Assembly: GCA_050742455.1 (NCBI GenBank)
Contig: JBOGIG010000076.1
Span: forward strand, 20,204 to 84,203
Direction of reading: 5' to 3'
Source: Acidimicrobiales bacterium
Lineage (GTDB): Bacteria; Actinomycetota; Acidimicrobiia; Acidimicrobiales; JBOGIG01
Length of the DNA: 64,000 nt
Positions 45,165-54,583 of the stretch are shown piece after piece. Every line of letters begins with the position of its first letter. Within the stretch, counting starts at the first letter, position 1. Under the pieces are notes generated by a model that made no database searches, was not told the DNA's origin, and worked only from the letters and a program-made list of their open reading frames with translations. Position numbers and translations under genes: made by a program.

Positions 45165-45857
45165 TCAGGCCGGGTCCGGACCGGACGTCCCGGCGGCGCC
45201 ATAGGTCTGCTCCAGACGTCGCTCCTTGCGCTTGTTGCGCAGGTAGGTGACGATGACCACCAGGGCGATCAGGGCCAGCAGGCCGGCCGAAGCGCTGCCT
45301 GCCACCTTCTCCGCCTTCTTGTAGGAGGCCCCCACCACGTAGCCGACCAGGGTGTAGCCACCGGCCCAGATGAGACCCCCAGCGGCATTGAAAATCAAGA
45401 AGCGGAAGTAGGGAATCCCGGACATGCCGGCCATGCCCGGCACCATGGCCCGCAAAAGGGCTGTGAACCGGCCGATGAACACGGCCCGACCGCCGTAGCG
45501 TCGGATGTAGCCCTGAGTGGTTGCCGCAGCCCGGGATGGGCGCGGGCGGAGGAACAACTTGCGTTTCAACAGCCATGGACCGAACTTCTTGCCTACCTCG
45601 TATCCGACCGAGTCCCCCACTATGGCCGACACGATGGCCACGGCCATCATGACCCCCAAGCTCACCCGGTGCTGGCTGGCCAATACCCCACCCAGGATCA
45701 CCGCGGTCTCGCCGGGCAGTATGAATCCCAGCATTACCGCAGCCTCGCCGAAGGCCAGGCCCCCCACCAGCAGATAGGCCACCAGCCCGTGGAGGTGCAG
45801 GGCCGAATCGACCAGGTGGCTGATCACCCGACCGTTCGGATCTGGCCCGGTGACCAT
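45165..45857 (-). CDS. DedA family membrane protein
   Basis: FGEAAVMLGFILPGETAVILGGVLA and RFTALLRAMVP. Confidence 0.85.
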   Translation of the reverse strand: MVTGPDPNGRVISHLVDSALHLHGLVAYLLVGGLAFGEAAVMLGFILPGETAVILGGVLASQHRVSLGVMMAVAIVSAIVGDSVGYEVGKKFGPWLLKRKLFLRPRPSRAAATTQGYIRRYGGRAVFIGRFTALLRAMVPGMAGMSGIPYFRFLIFNAAGGLIWAGGYTLVGYVVGASYKKAEKVAGSASAGLLALIALVVIVTYLRNKRKERRLEQTYGAAGTSGPDPA

Positions 45858-46079
45858 GGCGTCTGATTTCCACTGGACGCGGCGAAGTCCACAGCCGCAA
45901 TCCCAACCTTGTCCACAGGCTTATCCACAGAGAACCAAGTGAGCTCGTCCGCCGTAGCTGCACCTAAGGTCGCAGGTGAGGCTGGCAATATCATGATCCC
46001 CCCTCGACCTCGGGGCTCTTACTCCAGGTGACGCAATTGACGCGATGGGGATAATCATCACTAACCATGAGGCCTATCC

Positions 46080-46334
46080 TCAGCGAATGGCCGAGGACCT
46101 GTCCCGGCGGAGGGGGACTGGTTGCAGCCACCACCGCCCGGAGAAGCGCCACGGCCCGGGACCGGCAACCGAGCCTGCGGAGGACCCGGCGAGGCGCGGT
46201 CGCGGCCAGCACAGTTCCACCGCGGCGGCGATGGCAGCCACGGCTGCAGCATCATCGGCCCGGCCGGCATGGGATCTGGCGGCGCCATCACCGTGGAGTG
46301 GACCCTGAGAGAAAGAGGGGTCAGAGGGGGACAT
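46080..46334 (-). CDS. Possible acyl-CoA carboxylase epsilon subunit (AccE-like small protein)
   Basis: ATG 46334 overlaps the pccB 3' end. GRADDAAAVAAIAAAVE resembles the G.P..EE.AAL.AVL motif, and GPGPWRFSGRWW the C-terminal W..r...W pattern. Position directly downstream of the beta subunit is typical. Weak evidence. Confidence 0.35.
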   Translation of the reverse strand: MSPSDPSFSQGPLHGDGAARSHAGRADDAAAVAAIAAAVELCWPRPRLAGSSAGSVAGPGPWRFSGRWWLQPVPLRRDRSSAIR

Positions 46335-47880
46335 TGCCGTGCTTTCGCTTGGGCAAGTCCTCGCGCTTGGTCCGCAGCATCTCCAGGCTGCGGACAAGGA
46401 CCCGACGGGTGTCGGCAGGGTCGATCACGTCGTCTACGAAGCCCCGCTCGGCCGCCACGTAGGGGTTGGCGTATCTCTCGGTGTACTCCTCGACCAGCTC
46501 GGCCCGTCGGGCCTCTGGGTTGGCCGCTTCAGCCAGCTCCCGGCGGTTCACGATCTCCACCGCCCCCTGGGGACCCATCACCGCCAGCTCGGCCGACGGC
46601 CACGCAAAGGCCAGGTCGGCGCCGATGGACTTGGAGTTCATGACCACGTATGCACCCCCGTAGGCCTTGCGTGTGATGATCTGGATGCGGGGCACCGTGG
46701 CCTCGCAGTAGGCGTAGAGCAGCTTGGCTCCGTGGCGGATGATCCCGCCATACTCCTGGTCCGTACCGGGCATGAAGCCGGGAACGTCCACGAAGGTGAC
46801 CAGCGGGACGTTGAAGGCGTCACACGTACGAACAAAGCGCGCCGCCTTTTCGGCCGCGTCGATGTTGAGCACGCCGGCCAGAACCTGGGGCTGGTTGCCG
46901 ACCACGCCGACCACGTGCCCGGCCACCCGGGCAAAACCACACGTGATGTTGTTGGCCCAGTGAGGGAAGTACTCGAAGAACTCGCCATCGTCCACTACCG
47001 CAGAGATGACCTTCTTCATGTCGTAGGGCTGGTTGGGCGAGGCAGGCATGAGGTCGATGAGCTCGGGCGTGGCCCGATCGGGATCGTCGTCGCACTCCAG
47101 CGACGGTGGCATCTCCAAGTTGTTGGTGGGCAGGAAGCTGAGCAAGTAACGGACGTCGTCCAGGCAAGCCTTCTCGTCGGCCGAGACGAAGGTGGCGACC
47201 CCAGATTTGGTGGCGTGGCTCATGGCTCCGCCCAGCTGTTCGAGGGAAACGTCCTCACCGGTGACGGTCTTGACCACGTCAGGACCGGTGATGAACATGT
47301 GCGACGTCTCTTGCACCATGAAGATGAAGTCGGTCATTGCCGGCGAGTACACCGCCCCTCCGGCACAAGGTCCCAGCACCACGCTTATCTGGGGTATCAC
47401 CCCTGAGGCCGCCACATTGCGAAAGAAGATCCCCCCATATGAAGCCAGGGAGACCACTCCCTCTTGGATCCGGGCTCCGGCGCCGTCGTTGAGCCCCACC
47501 ATGGGAACTCCCACCGAGGAGGCCAGGTCCATGATCTTGTGGATCTTCTCGGCGAACACCTCGCCCAACGCGCCCCCGAACACGGTGAAATCCTGGCTGA
47601 ATACGCACACCCGGCGACCATCGATCGTTCCGAAGCCGGTAATCACCCCATCGGTGTAGGGACGGGTCTCCTCCAAGCCCAAACCGTGGGCCCGGTGCCG
47701 GGCCAGCATGTCCAGCTCCTGGAAGGAATCCTCGTCCAAGAGGTACTCCAGTCGCTCCCGGGCCGTCATCTTTCCCTTGGCGTGCTGGCGCTCAACGGAA
47801 CGGGGAGAACCGGCATGAAGTGCCTGTTCCCGCCGATGGGCCAGCTCTTGGAGTCGTTGGGTCATCGGGTGGTCCGACAT
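46321..47880 (-). CDS. pccB: Acyl-CoA (propionyl-CoA) carboxylase beta subunit / carboxyltransferase
   Basis: Start ATG 47880 (MSDHPMTQRLQEL..). GKMTARERL, FGGALGE, GPCAGGAVYSPA and RKAYGGAYVVM are present. Confidence 0.9.
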   Translation of the reverse strand: MSDHPMTQRLQELAHRREQALHAGSPRSVERQHAKGKMTARERLEYLLDEDSFQELDMLARHRAHGLGLEETRPYTDGVITGFGTIDGRRVCVFSQDFTVFGGALGEVFAEKIHKIMDLASSVGVPMVGLNDGAGARIQEGVVSLASYGGIFFRNVAASGVIPQISVVLGPCAGGAVYSPAMTDFIFMVQETSHMFITGPDVVKTVTGEDVSLEQLGGAMSHATKSGVATFVSADEKACLDDVRYLLSFLPTNNLEMPPSLECDDDPDRATPELIDLMPASPNQPYDMKKVISAVVDDGEFFEYFPHWANNITCGFARVAGHVVGVVGNQPQVLAGVLNIDAAEKAARFVRTCDAFNVPLVTFVDVPGFMPGTDQEYGGIIRHGAKLLYAYCEATVPRIQIITRKAYGGAYVVMNSKSIGADLAFAWPSAELAVMGPQGAVEIVNRRELAEAANPEARRAELVEEYTERYANPYVAAERGFVDDVIDPADTRRVLVRSLEMLRTKREDLPKRKHGNVPL

Positions 47881-47914
47881 TCCCCGCAGGCTACCGGGCG
47901 CCGAGGCCCAGGGG

Positions 47915-48805
47915 CTAAAGCCCCGAGGGATCGGTCCCTGAGCCAAGGCGCATCGCCCTTGTGGACAGGCCCGGCATGTCGAGGTGCTGGCACATCCGAG
48001 CAAAGCCCGGGGTGGGTCCCCTCCAAGCCAGCTCGTCGACACCGCCGAGGAGGGACCGGTCGATCCGAAGCGTAGCCAGGTCTCTGAACAGCATGGCCTG
48101 GTCCCGGTGGGCGGCAAGGGTGGCTGCCAGGGCCGCCCCGCCCCGCACGGTCAGCTCCCACCGACCGGGCTCATCGGGGATGTCCTCTAGGTGGGGGTAT
48201 ACGGACAGGACGGCCGAGGAGGATTTGGCTCCCCAGCCGGGCAGTCCGGGGAAGCCGTCGGCCGAATCGCCTACCAGGGCCAGGTAGTCAGGGATCGATT
48301 CGGGTCCGACGCCAAACTTCTCCTTCACCCCGTCCTCGTCTACGAGGCGACCGGCTCGACGGTCCAACTGGACGATGCGACCTCCCCGCACACACTGGGC
48401 CAGGTCCTTATCCGGAGTGCAGATCACCACCTGGTCCACCCTGGCGTCATCACCGGCCACCTCAGCCGCCGAAGCCAGTGCATCGTCAGCTTCGAGCTCG
48501 ACCATGGCCCACACCACCACCCCCATGGCCGCCAGAGCGTCCTCCAGCAGCTGAAACTGGGACATCAGGGCCGGCTCCACCCCTGCCCCCGTCTTGTAGC
48601 CGGGCCACATGTCATTGCGGAACGACTCCACCACATGGTCGGTAGCCACCCCCACATGCGTGACGCCCTCGGCAATCAGACCCAGGACCGAGGACAGGAC
48701 CCCCCTGGTAGCCGACACTTCCAGGCCCTGTCCGTTGATGTGCGACGGCTGGCCAAAATGGTGCCTGAACAACTCATAGGTACCATCAACGAGGTGGACC
48801 TTCAT
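47915..48805 (-). CDS. 5'-3' exonuclease (FEN / Pol I N-terminal domain family)
   Basis: Start ATG 48805 (MKVHLVDGTYELFR). VEADDALAS, TPDKDLAQ and LVGDSADGFPGLPGWG. Confidence 0.85.
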   Translation of the reverse strand: MKVHLVDGTYELFRHHFGQPSHINGQGLEVSATRGVLSSVLGLIAEGVTHVGVATDHVVESFRNDMWPGYKTGAGVEPALMSQFQLLEDALAAMGVVVWAMVELEADDALASAAEVAGDDARVDQVVICTPDKDLAQCVRGGRIVQLDRRAGRLVDEDGVKEKFGVGPESIPDYLALVGDSADGFPGLPGWGAKSSSAVLSVYPHLEDIPDEPGRWELTVRGGAALAATLAAHRDQAMLFRDLATLRIDRSLLGGVDELAWRGPTPGFARMCQHLDMPGLSTRAMRLGSGTDPSGL

Positions 48806-50128
48806 GGTGACCCAGAAGTTAGCGCCGTCGGGTCGGGTTCGGTCCTGCCCCGGGTCGTAATCGTCGGGGCGGGATTCGGGGGTCTGGCTGCCGTCAAGGC
48901 CCTCAAAGGGGCTCCCGTCGAAGTTGTGGTCCTCGACCAGAACAACTTTCACTCATTTTCGCCCTTTCAGTATCAGGTGGCCGCCGCCGAGTTGGACTCC
49001 GGCGAGGTGGCCCATCCGGTACGTGACATCCTCCGTCACATCCCCAATGCCGACTTCTGCTGCACCCGGGTGGAGCGCATCGACACCAAGCGGCGCCTGG
49101 TGTTCACCGCCGCGAAGGAGTTCCCGTATGACTATCTGGTGCTGTCACCCGGCAGTGTCGACAACTATTTCGACGTACCGGGGGCGCAGGACACGAGCTT
49201 CGGTATCAAGACCATGGGGCAGTCCCTGGCGCTGCGCAACCGGGTCCTGTCCCAATTCGAGCTGGCCGCCCGCAATGACGACGCGGCCGAACGTCGCCTG
49301 CTGACAAGCTTTGCAATCGTGGGAGGGGGTCCCACCGGTGTGGAGTTCGCCGGGGCCCTGATCGATCTGATTCGCCATTCATTGGCCGGGGATTTCAAGC
49401 ATCTCGACGTGACCGAGGCTCGTGTCACCCTCGTCGACGGGGTGGACCACCTCCTCGGGCCCTTCGCCCCCAGCCTGCGTCGGGCCGCGCTCAAGAGGTT
49501 GGGGGACTGGGGAGTCACCGTAAGGTTGGGGTCATCTGTGGCGGCAGTGACCGACTCGGGGCTCGAGCTGGCCGACGGGACCCGGGTCGAGGCCGCCACT
49601 GTCATATGGGCGGCAGGGGTCAGGGCCAGTCCCCTGGGGGCGTCCATAGGGGTCGATCTCCAGCGCAGTGAGAGGGTCTCGGTTTCACCCACGCTGCAAT
49701 TGGTCGACCACCCTGAGGTGTTCGTGATCGGAGACCTCGCCCATGTCGAGAGCGGTCAGGGAGACGGACCCTTGCCCATGTTGGCTCCCGTGGCCATCCA
49801 GGAGGGTCGCCACGCCGCCCAATCGATCGTGGCACTGGTGCGGGGAGAAACCCCCAAGCCCTTCGCCTACCAGGACAAGGGCATGATGGCGGCCATTGGG
49901 CGCAACAATGCCATCGCCCAGGTGGGACCGCTGCGCCTGACGGGCTTCCCGGGTTGGCTGGTCTGGGCTGTCGTCCACATCGTCTACATCATTTCCCACC
50001 GGTCGAAGGTTGTTGTGGTAATCAACTGGACCACCGCCTACCTTTTCCACAATCGTCCACTGCGCCTCATCACCGGGCCACTCCAGCCACCGGGACCAGC
50101 CCAACAAGGAGACCGAGACCATGATTGA
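48794..50128 (+). CDS. ndh: Type II NADH dehydrogenase (NDH-2)
   Basis: VVIVGAGFGGLAAVKAL and IVGGGPTGVEFAGAL dinucleotide motifs, and VFVIGDLA. The start is uncertain (GTG 48794 is the only canonical in-frame start before the first GxGxxG). Confidence 0.8.
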   Translation: MDLHGDPEVSAVGSGSVLPRVVIVGAGFGGLAAVKALKGAPVEVVVLDQNNFHSFSPFQYQVAAAELDSGEVAHPVRDILRHIPNADFCCTRVERIDTKRRLVFTAAKEFPYDYLVLSPGSVDNYFDVPGAQDTSFGIKTMGQSLALRNRVLSQFELAARNDDAAERRLLTSFAIVGGGPTGVEFAGALIDLIRHSLAGDFKHLDVTEARVTLVDGVDHLLGPFAPSLRRAALKRLGDWGVTVRLGSSVAAVTDSGLELADGTRVEAATVIWAAGVRASPLGASIGVDLQRSERVSVSPTLQLVDHPEVFVIGDLAHVESGQGDGPLPMLAPVAIQEGRHAAQSIVALVRGETPKPFAYQDKGMMAAIGRNNAIAQVGPLRLTGFPGWLVWAVVHIVYIISHRSKVVVVINWTTAYLFHNRPLRLITGPLQPPGPAQQGDRDHD

Positions 50129-50852
50129 GCCGTCAGCCACCGAGCCGTCAGCCACCGAGCCGTCAGCCACCGAGCCGGCGGGTGGCGGGCAGTCACCCGT
50201 CGTGGTCACCCTGTCCGCCCCTTACGGCGCCCGCGGCTCGGTCATCGGTCCGGCCGTGGCCGCCGAATTGGGTATCCCCTTCCTTGATCGAGCCATTCCC
50301 GTGACGGTGGCGCGCAATCTGGAGGTCCCCCTGGATGCGGTGGAAGCGCGTGAACGTGACGGCTCGTTCTTGGGTCGTTTCGTGGCCGCGCTAGCACGTC
50401 TCCCCGTGTCAGCGGGCAGCTTCGGCGTAATGCCCGACCCCGATGCCCTGACCGACGACAGAACCTACCGCTCCCAGATCGAGGAGGTGATCTGGTCGGC
50501 AGCCCGCAGCACGGGTGGAGTGTTTCTCGGCCGGATGGGGGCGGCGGTGCTGGGCAATCATCCCCGCGCCCTCCACGTTCGCCTCGACGGCTCCGTCGAA
50601 GCCAGGATCGCCCAGGCCCAGCAGGTCCAAGGGGTGGACGAAGAGGCGGCTCGTGAGGGCCAGCACCGCACTGACCAGGCCCGCCACGCCTATGCCCGCC
50701 ACCTCTACCACTTGGATCCGCAGGACCCGAGCCTGTATCACCTGATGATCGATTCGACCGTCATTCCGACCGATGTATGCATTGCACTGATCGTGGCCGC
50801 GGCCCGAGCTCGGGCAGGGTATCGGCGGGCTACTCCTGGACCAGCTCGATGA
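50121..50852 (+). CDS. Cytidylate-kinase-like family protein (P-loop NTPase-like)
   Basis: VVTLSAPYGARGSVIGPAVAAELGIPFLDRAI. The N-terminus carries an (EPSAT)x3 repeat. Confidence 0.65.
   Translation: MIEPSATEPSATEPSATEPAGGGQSPVVVTLSAPYGARGSVIGPAVAAELGIPFLDRAIPVTVARNLEVPLDAVEARERDGSFLGRFVAALARLPVSAGSFGVMPDPDALTDDRTYRSQIEEVIWSAARSTGGVFLGRMGAAVLGNHPRALHVRLDGSVEARIAQAQQVQGVDEEAAREGQHRTDQARHAYARHLYHLDPQDPSLYHLMIDSTVIPTDVCIALIVAAARARAGYRRATPGPAR
50127..50178. repeat. Perfect in-frame 15-bp x3 tandem repeat (GAGCCGTCAGCCACC) at codons 3-17 of the cytidylate-kinase-like gene
   Basis: Read directly from the sequence. Confidence 0.95.
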
Positions 50853-51246
50853 GCGTGCCAAATGCTCCCTTGGGATGGACGAATGCCACGGTGGTGCCCC
50901 GGGAACCGGGGCGGGGTTCGTCATCGATGACCCGACCACCGCTGTCCTTGACGGCTCGCAAGGCCAGGGCGCAATCGGCAACCCGGTAACCCACGTGATG
51001 GACTCCTTCTCCGTTGCGCTCCAGGTATTTGGCCACCGGGGAGTCGTCCCGAGTCGGGGTAAGCAACTGGATGTAGGAATCGGCCACTTTGATCAGGGCT
51101 TCCTCCACGCCATCGGAATCGATGCGTTCCCGGTGGGTCGCCACCGCCCCGAACGTGTCGCGGTAGTAGGACAGGGCCGCCTCCAGATCCTTGACGGCGA
51201 TGGCTACGTGGTCGATCTCGGTCAAGAGCATGGCGCCGGCCGTCAC
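50830..51246 (-). CDS. Methylmalonyl-CoA / ethylmalonyl-CoA epimerase (VOC family)
   Basis: IDHVAIAVKDLEAALSYY...GEGVHHVGYRV.D...RPGSRGTTVAFVHPK. 4-nt overlap with the ccr stop. Confidence 0.85.
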   Translation of the reverse strand: MTAGAMLLTEIDHVAIAVKDLEAALSYYRDTFGAVATHRERIDSDGVEEALIKVADSYIQLLTPTRDDSPVAKYLERNGEGVHHVGYRVADCALALRAVKDSGGRVIDDEPRPGSRGTTVAFVHPKGAFGTLIELVQE

Positions 51247-52598
51247 CCCGACCCCCTGGCGTCCAGATCGGATCGAAAGGCGCTGATCCGATCCTCTCCC
51301 ACTTTGGCCCGGAACTCCGGATCGTCGATGCCCAGACCCGCGGCCGGAGCCAGGGTGAGGACACCGATCTTGCCCTCGTGCAGATTGGCGTGGACCTGGC
51401 GGGCTGCCTCTCCTACTTCCTCAAGCGGGTAGACAGCCGACAACACGGGCTGGATCATGCCTTTGGCGATCAGCCGGTTGGCCTCCCAAGCCTCGCGGTA
51501 ATTGGCAAAATGACTGGACTTGATGGTCTTGAGCTTCATCCACAGGTGCCGGTTGTCGTATTCGATCATGTAGCCCGAAGTGGCAGCGCAGGTCATGATC
51601 AGACCACCTCGTTTGGCCACGAAAACACTGGCCCCCATGGTGGACCGGCCCGGGTGCTCGAAGACGATGTCGGGATCCTCTCCCACCAGGGCCCTTATGT
51701 CCTTGCCCAGGCGGCGCCACTCCCGCTCATCCTGGGTGTTGTCGTCGGACCAGAACTTATAGCCTGCGGCCTTCCGATCGATGACCGCTTCACAACCCAT
51801 CCGGTGCAAGAGGTCCGCCTTCCCGGGCGAGGACACCACCCCGACGGGTATCCCACCGCCGTTGAGGACGTACTGGACGGCGTAGCCGCCCAGCCCTCCG
51901 CTGGCCCCCCAGATCAACACAACATCACCCTGCTTCATGGCCGCCCCGTTGTGGCTGACCAGCATGCGATACGAGGTCGAATTGCACAGCGCATTGCATG
52001 CGGCTTCCTCCCACGACAGGTGGGCGGGCTTGGGCATCAACTGGTTGGCCTTGACCAGACTCAGATCGGCCAGACCACCGAAGTTGGACTCGAATCCCCA
52101 TATGCGCTGGTTTGAGGCCAGCATCGAGTCGTCATGCGCCGTCGGATCCTGATCGTCCACGTAGTTGCAGTGGACCACCACCTTGTCGCCCGGCTTCCAG
52201 TTGCGAACGGCCGAACCCACCCTGACCACGACACCGGCGGCATCGGAGCCCACCACGTGGTAGTCCAGATCGTGTCGGGCCCCCCACTTCCCCTCCCGAC
52301 CGAGACGTTCCAGGAAGCCAAATGTGGGCAGGGGCTCGAAGATCGACGTCCATACCGTGTTGAAATTGATGGCGCCGGCCATGACGGCCACGTAGGCCTC
52401 GTCGGGGGCCAGCTCTGGAACGGCCACGTCCTCGACGTGGAGCGACTTGCGGGGATCCTTGTCCGGCGAGGCCAGACCCTCGAACATCTTGATCTCGTCC
52501 TTGTGCACGGTGGCCGCCCGGTAGGCGTCGGGCAACGGCATGGAGGCGATGTCCTCACCCGAGGCGCCGTTGAGGATGGCATCCAAGAAGGCTTGCAT
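51243..52598 (-). CDS. ccr: Crotonyl-CoA carboxylase/reductase
   Basis: LPDAYRAATVHKDEIKMFEG, AINFNTVWTSIFEP.PTF, and NFGGLADLSLVKANQLMPKP. 451 aa, characteristic of Ccr rather than a generic MDR. Confidence 0.9.
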   Translation of the reverse strand: MQAFLDAILNGASGEDIASMPLPDAYRAATVHKDEIKMFEGLASPDKDPRKSLHVEDVAVPELAPDEAYVAVMAGAINFNTVWTSIFEPLPTFGFLERLGREGKWGARHDLDYHVVGSDAAGVVVRVGSAVRNWKPGDKVVVHCNYVDDQDPTAHDDSMLASNQRIWGFESNFGGLADLSLVKANQLMPKPAHLSWEEAACNALCNSTSYRMLVSHNGAAMKQGDVVLIWGASGGLGGYAVQYVLNGGGIPVGVVSSPGKADLLHRMGCEAVIDRKAAGYKFWSDDNTQDEREWRRLGKDIRALVGEDPDIVFEHPGRSTMGASVFVAKRGGLIMTCAATSGYMIEYDNRHLWMKLKTIKSSHFANYREAWEANRLIAKGMIQPVLSAVYPLEEVGEAARQVHANLHEGKIGVLTLAPAAGLGIDDPEFRAKVGEDRISAFRSDLDARGSG

Positions 52599-52681
52599 GG
52601 CCGAAAAGTTACTCGCCAGTAGGCGCGGACGGCCAGGGGAGTAATAAACTCAACGCACCCTTTGTCCTCGGAGGTCTTTTC

Positions 52682-53866
52682 ATGCCCGGTTCAGTCATCG
52701 TCGCAGGCGCCCGCACTCCCATCGGCAAGCTGTCGGGGGGGCTCGGCACTTTCAGCGCGGCACAGCTGGGAGGACGGGCCATTGCCGCCGCCCTGGAGCG
52801 GGCCGGGGTGCGCCCCGACCAGGTGGACTACGTGTTCATGGGCCAGGTTCTCCAGGCTGGGGCAGGCCAGATCACCGCTCGCCAAGCGGCAGTGGCCGGG
52901 GGGATCCCAATGACAGTGGCCGCCACCACCGTGAACAAGGTATGCCTGTCGGGACTCAACAGCATCTACCTGGCCGACCAGATGATCACCGCCGGTGATG
53001 CCGACATCGTCGTGGCCGGGGGGATGGAGTCCATGACCCAGGCCCCTTACCTCCTACCCGGGGCCAGGGCCGGATACCGGGCCGGGGACGCCACGCTGGT
53101 GGATTCCATGATGTACGACGGCCTCTTCTGTGCCTTTGACGCCGTGGCCATGGGGGCGGGCACCGAGCGCTATAGCCGGGCGGCCGACATCTCCCGCCAG
53201 GCCCAGGACGCCATCGCCGCTGCTTCGCACGAGCGGGCCGCGGCCGCCATCAAGGACGGTCGCCTGGCCCCCGAGATCATCCCGGTTGCAGTACCCCAGC
53301 GCCGGGGCGACCCGATCACCGTGGAGGTCGATGAGGGCGTGCGGCCCGAGACCACCACCGAGAGCCTGGGCAAGCTCAAGGGCGCATTCGAGAAGGAAGG
53401 CACCATCACCGCGGGCAACGCCAGCCAGATATCGGACGGGGGAGCGGCCGTGGTCCTGACCTCCCGGGCCACCGCCGATGCACTGGGAGTCCAGCCGCTG
53501 GGCGAGGTTGCCTCCTACGGCCAGGTGGCCGGCCCAGACGCATCGCTTTTGACGCAGCCTTCCCGGGCCACCCAGGCCGCCCTGGCCCGCATCGGACTCC
53601 AGGTCGGTGACATCGACCTGTTCGAGATCAACGAGGCCTTCGCCGCCGTCGCCGTGGCCTCCATGGCCGAGCTGGGCATCTCCGAGGACGTGGTCAACGT
53701 CAATGGCGGCGCAATTGCCCTCGGTCACCCCATCGGCATGTCGGGCACCCGACTGGCCCTGACCCTCCTGTTTGAGTTGGGCCGGCGAGGCGGCGGCACG
53801 GGGGTGGCCACTCTGTGCGGGGGCGGCGGCCAGGGCGACGCGCTGGTCGTCAAGACCCTGGGATAG
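52682..53866 (+). CDS. Acetyl-CoA C-acetyltransferase (thiolase II)
   Basis: VNKVCLSGL (active Cys), [14 protein letters not shown], and CGGGGQG. Confidence 0.9.
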   Translation: MPGSVIVAGARTPIGKLSGGLGTFSAAQLGGRAIAAALERAGVRPDQVDYVFMGQVLQAGAGQITARQAAVAGGIPMTVAATTVNKVCLSGLNSIYLADQMITAGDADIVVAGGMESMTQAPYLLPGARAGYRAGDATLVDSMMYDGLFCAFDAVAMGAGTERYSRAADISRQAQDAIAAASHERAAAAIKDGRLAPEIIPVAVPQRRGDPITVEVDEGVRPETTTESLGKLKGAFEKEGTITAGNASQISDGGAAVVLTSRATADALGVQPLGEVASYGQVAGPDASLLTQPSRATQAALARIGLQVGDIDLFEINEAFAAVAVASMAELGISEDVVNVNGGAIALGHPIGMSGTRLALTLLFELGRRGGGTGVATLCGGGGQGDALVVKTLG

Positions 53867-53886
53867 AGGCCCCCCTTTACCCAGAC

Positions 53887-53983
53887 GGGCGCCTTCATCC
53901 CGGCGGGCGCCCTCATCCCGGCGGGCGGAAGGGCCATCCGGGCACCCCGGAACTCGGCCCCGGAACTCGGGCCCCGAATCAGG
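53887..53983. repeat. Two adjacent short tandem repeats filling the thiolase/recR convergent spacer (18 bp x2: GGGCGCC.TCATCCCGGC; 13 bp x2-3: CCCCGGAACTCGG)
   Basis: Read directly from the sequence. Confidence 0.85.
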
Positions 53984-54578
53984 CTTCGATCTCGCGCCGA
54001 CCCTCGAGAGCCCGTCCCAGGGTCAGCTCGTCGGCGTATTCCAGATCACCACCCACTGGGAGTCCGCTGGCAATACGGGTGACCTTGAGGCCCAATGGCT
54101 TGAGCAGCCGAGCCAGGTACATTGCGGTGGCCTCACCCTCCAGGTTGGGATTGGTGCACAAGATGACCTCGGTGATGGCCTCGGGATCGAGCCGGGCAAG
54201 CAACTCACGCACCCGGAGCTGGTCGGGTCCGATACCCTCGATGGGATTGAGCGCCCCCTGGAGCACGTGATATCGGCCTTTGAACTCGTGGGTCTTCTCC
54301 ACGGCCACGATGTCTCGAGGCTCCTCCACCACGCACACCAAGGTCGGATCCCGGCGGTCGTCGGTGCACATGGAGCACAGCTCGGCTTCGGCCACATTGA
54401 AACATCGGGCGCACAGCGCCGTCTTCTCCTTGGCCTGGATGATGGCATCGGCCAAGCGAAGGGCGTCCTCCTTTGGCACCTTGAGGAGGTGAAAGGCGAT
54501 CCTTTGCGCGGACTTCGGGCCTATCCCGGGCATACGGCCCAATTCGTCGATGAGGTCCTGAACCGGACCGGCGTACAT
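53979..54578 (-). CDS. recR: Recombination protein RecR
   Basis: Start ATG 54578 ([32 protein letters not shown]). Zinc finger CARCFNV....CSMC and a Toprim region. Confidence 0.95.
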   Translation of the reverse strand: MYAGPVQDLIDELGRMPGIGPKSAQRIAFHLLKVPKEDALRLADAIIQAKEKTALCARCFNVAEAELCSMCTDDRRDPTLVCVVEEPRDIVAVEKTHEFKGRYHVLQGALNPIEGIGPDQLRVRELLARLDPEAITEVILCTNPNLEGEATAMYLARLLKPLGLKVTRIASGLPVGGDLEYADELTLGRALEGRREIEA

Positions 54579-54583
54579 GGCGC

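Noticed and set aside
44134-45963. 609-aa minus-strand ORF spanning the mutase 3' half and dedA
   Set aside because: It overlaps two genes that have strong family motifs. The composition is Arg/Gly/Pro-rich and motif-free, so this is a GC artefact.
45980-46010. TGACGCAATTGACGCG direct-repeat/CAATTG motif upstream of dedA, as an operator
   Set aside because: It is a single occurrence that is neither a clean palindrome nor repeated elsewhere in the window. The evidence is insufficient.
48794-48805. Apparent 12-bp divergent overlap of the ndh and 5'-3' exonuclease start codons
   Set aside because: This is probably an artefact of start assignment. GTG 48794 is merely the only canonical in-frame start upstream of the first GxGxxG of ndh, and a non-canonical or mis-sequenced start is equally possible.
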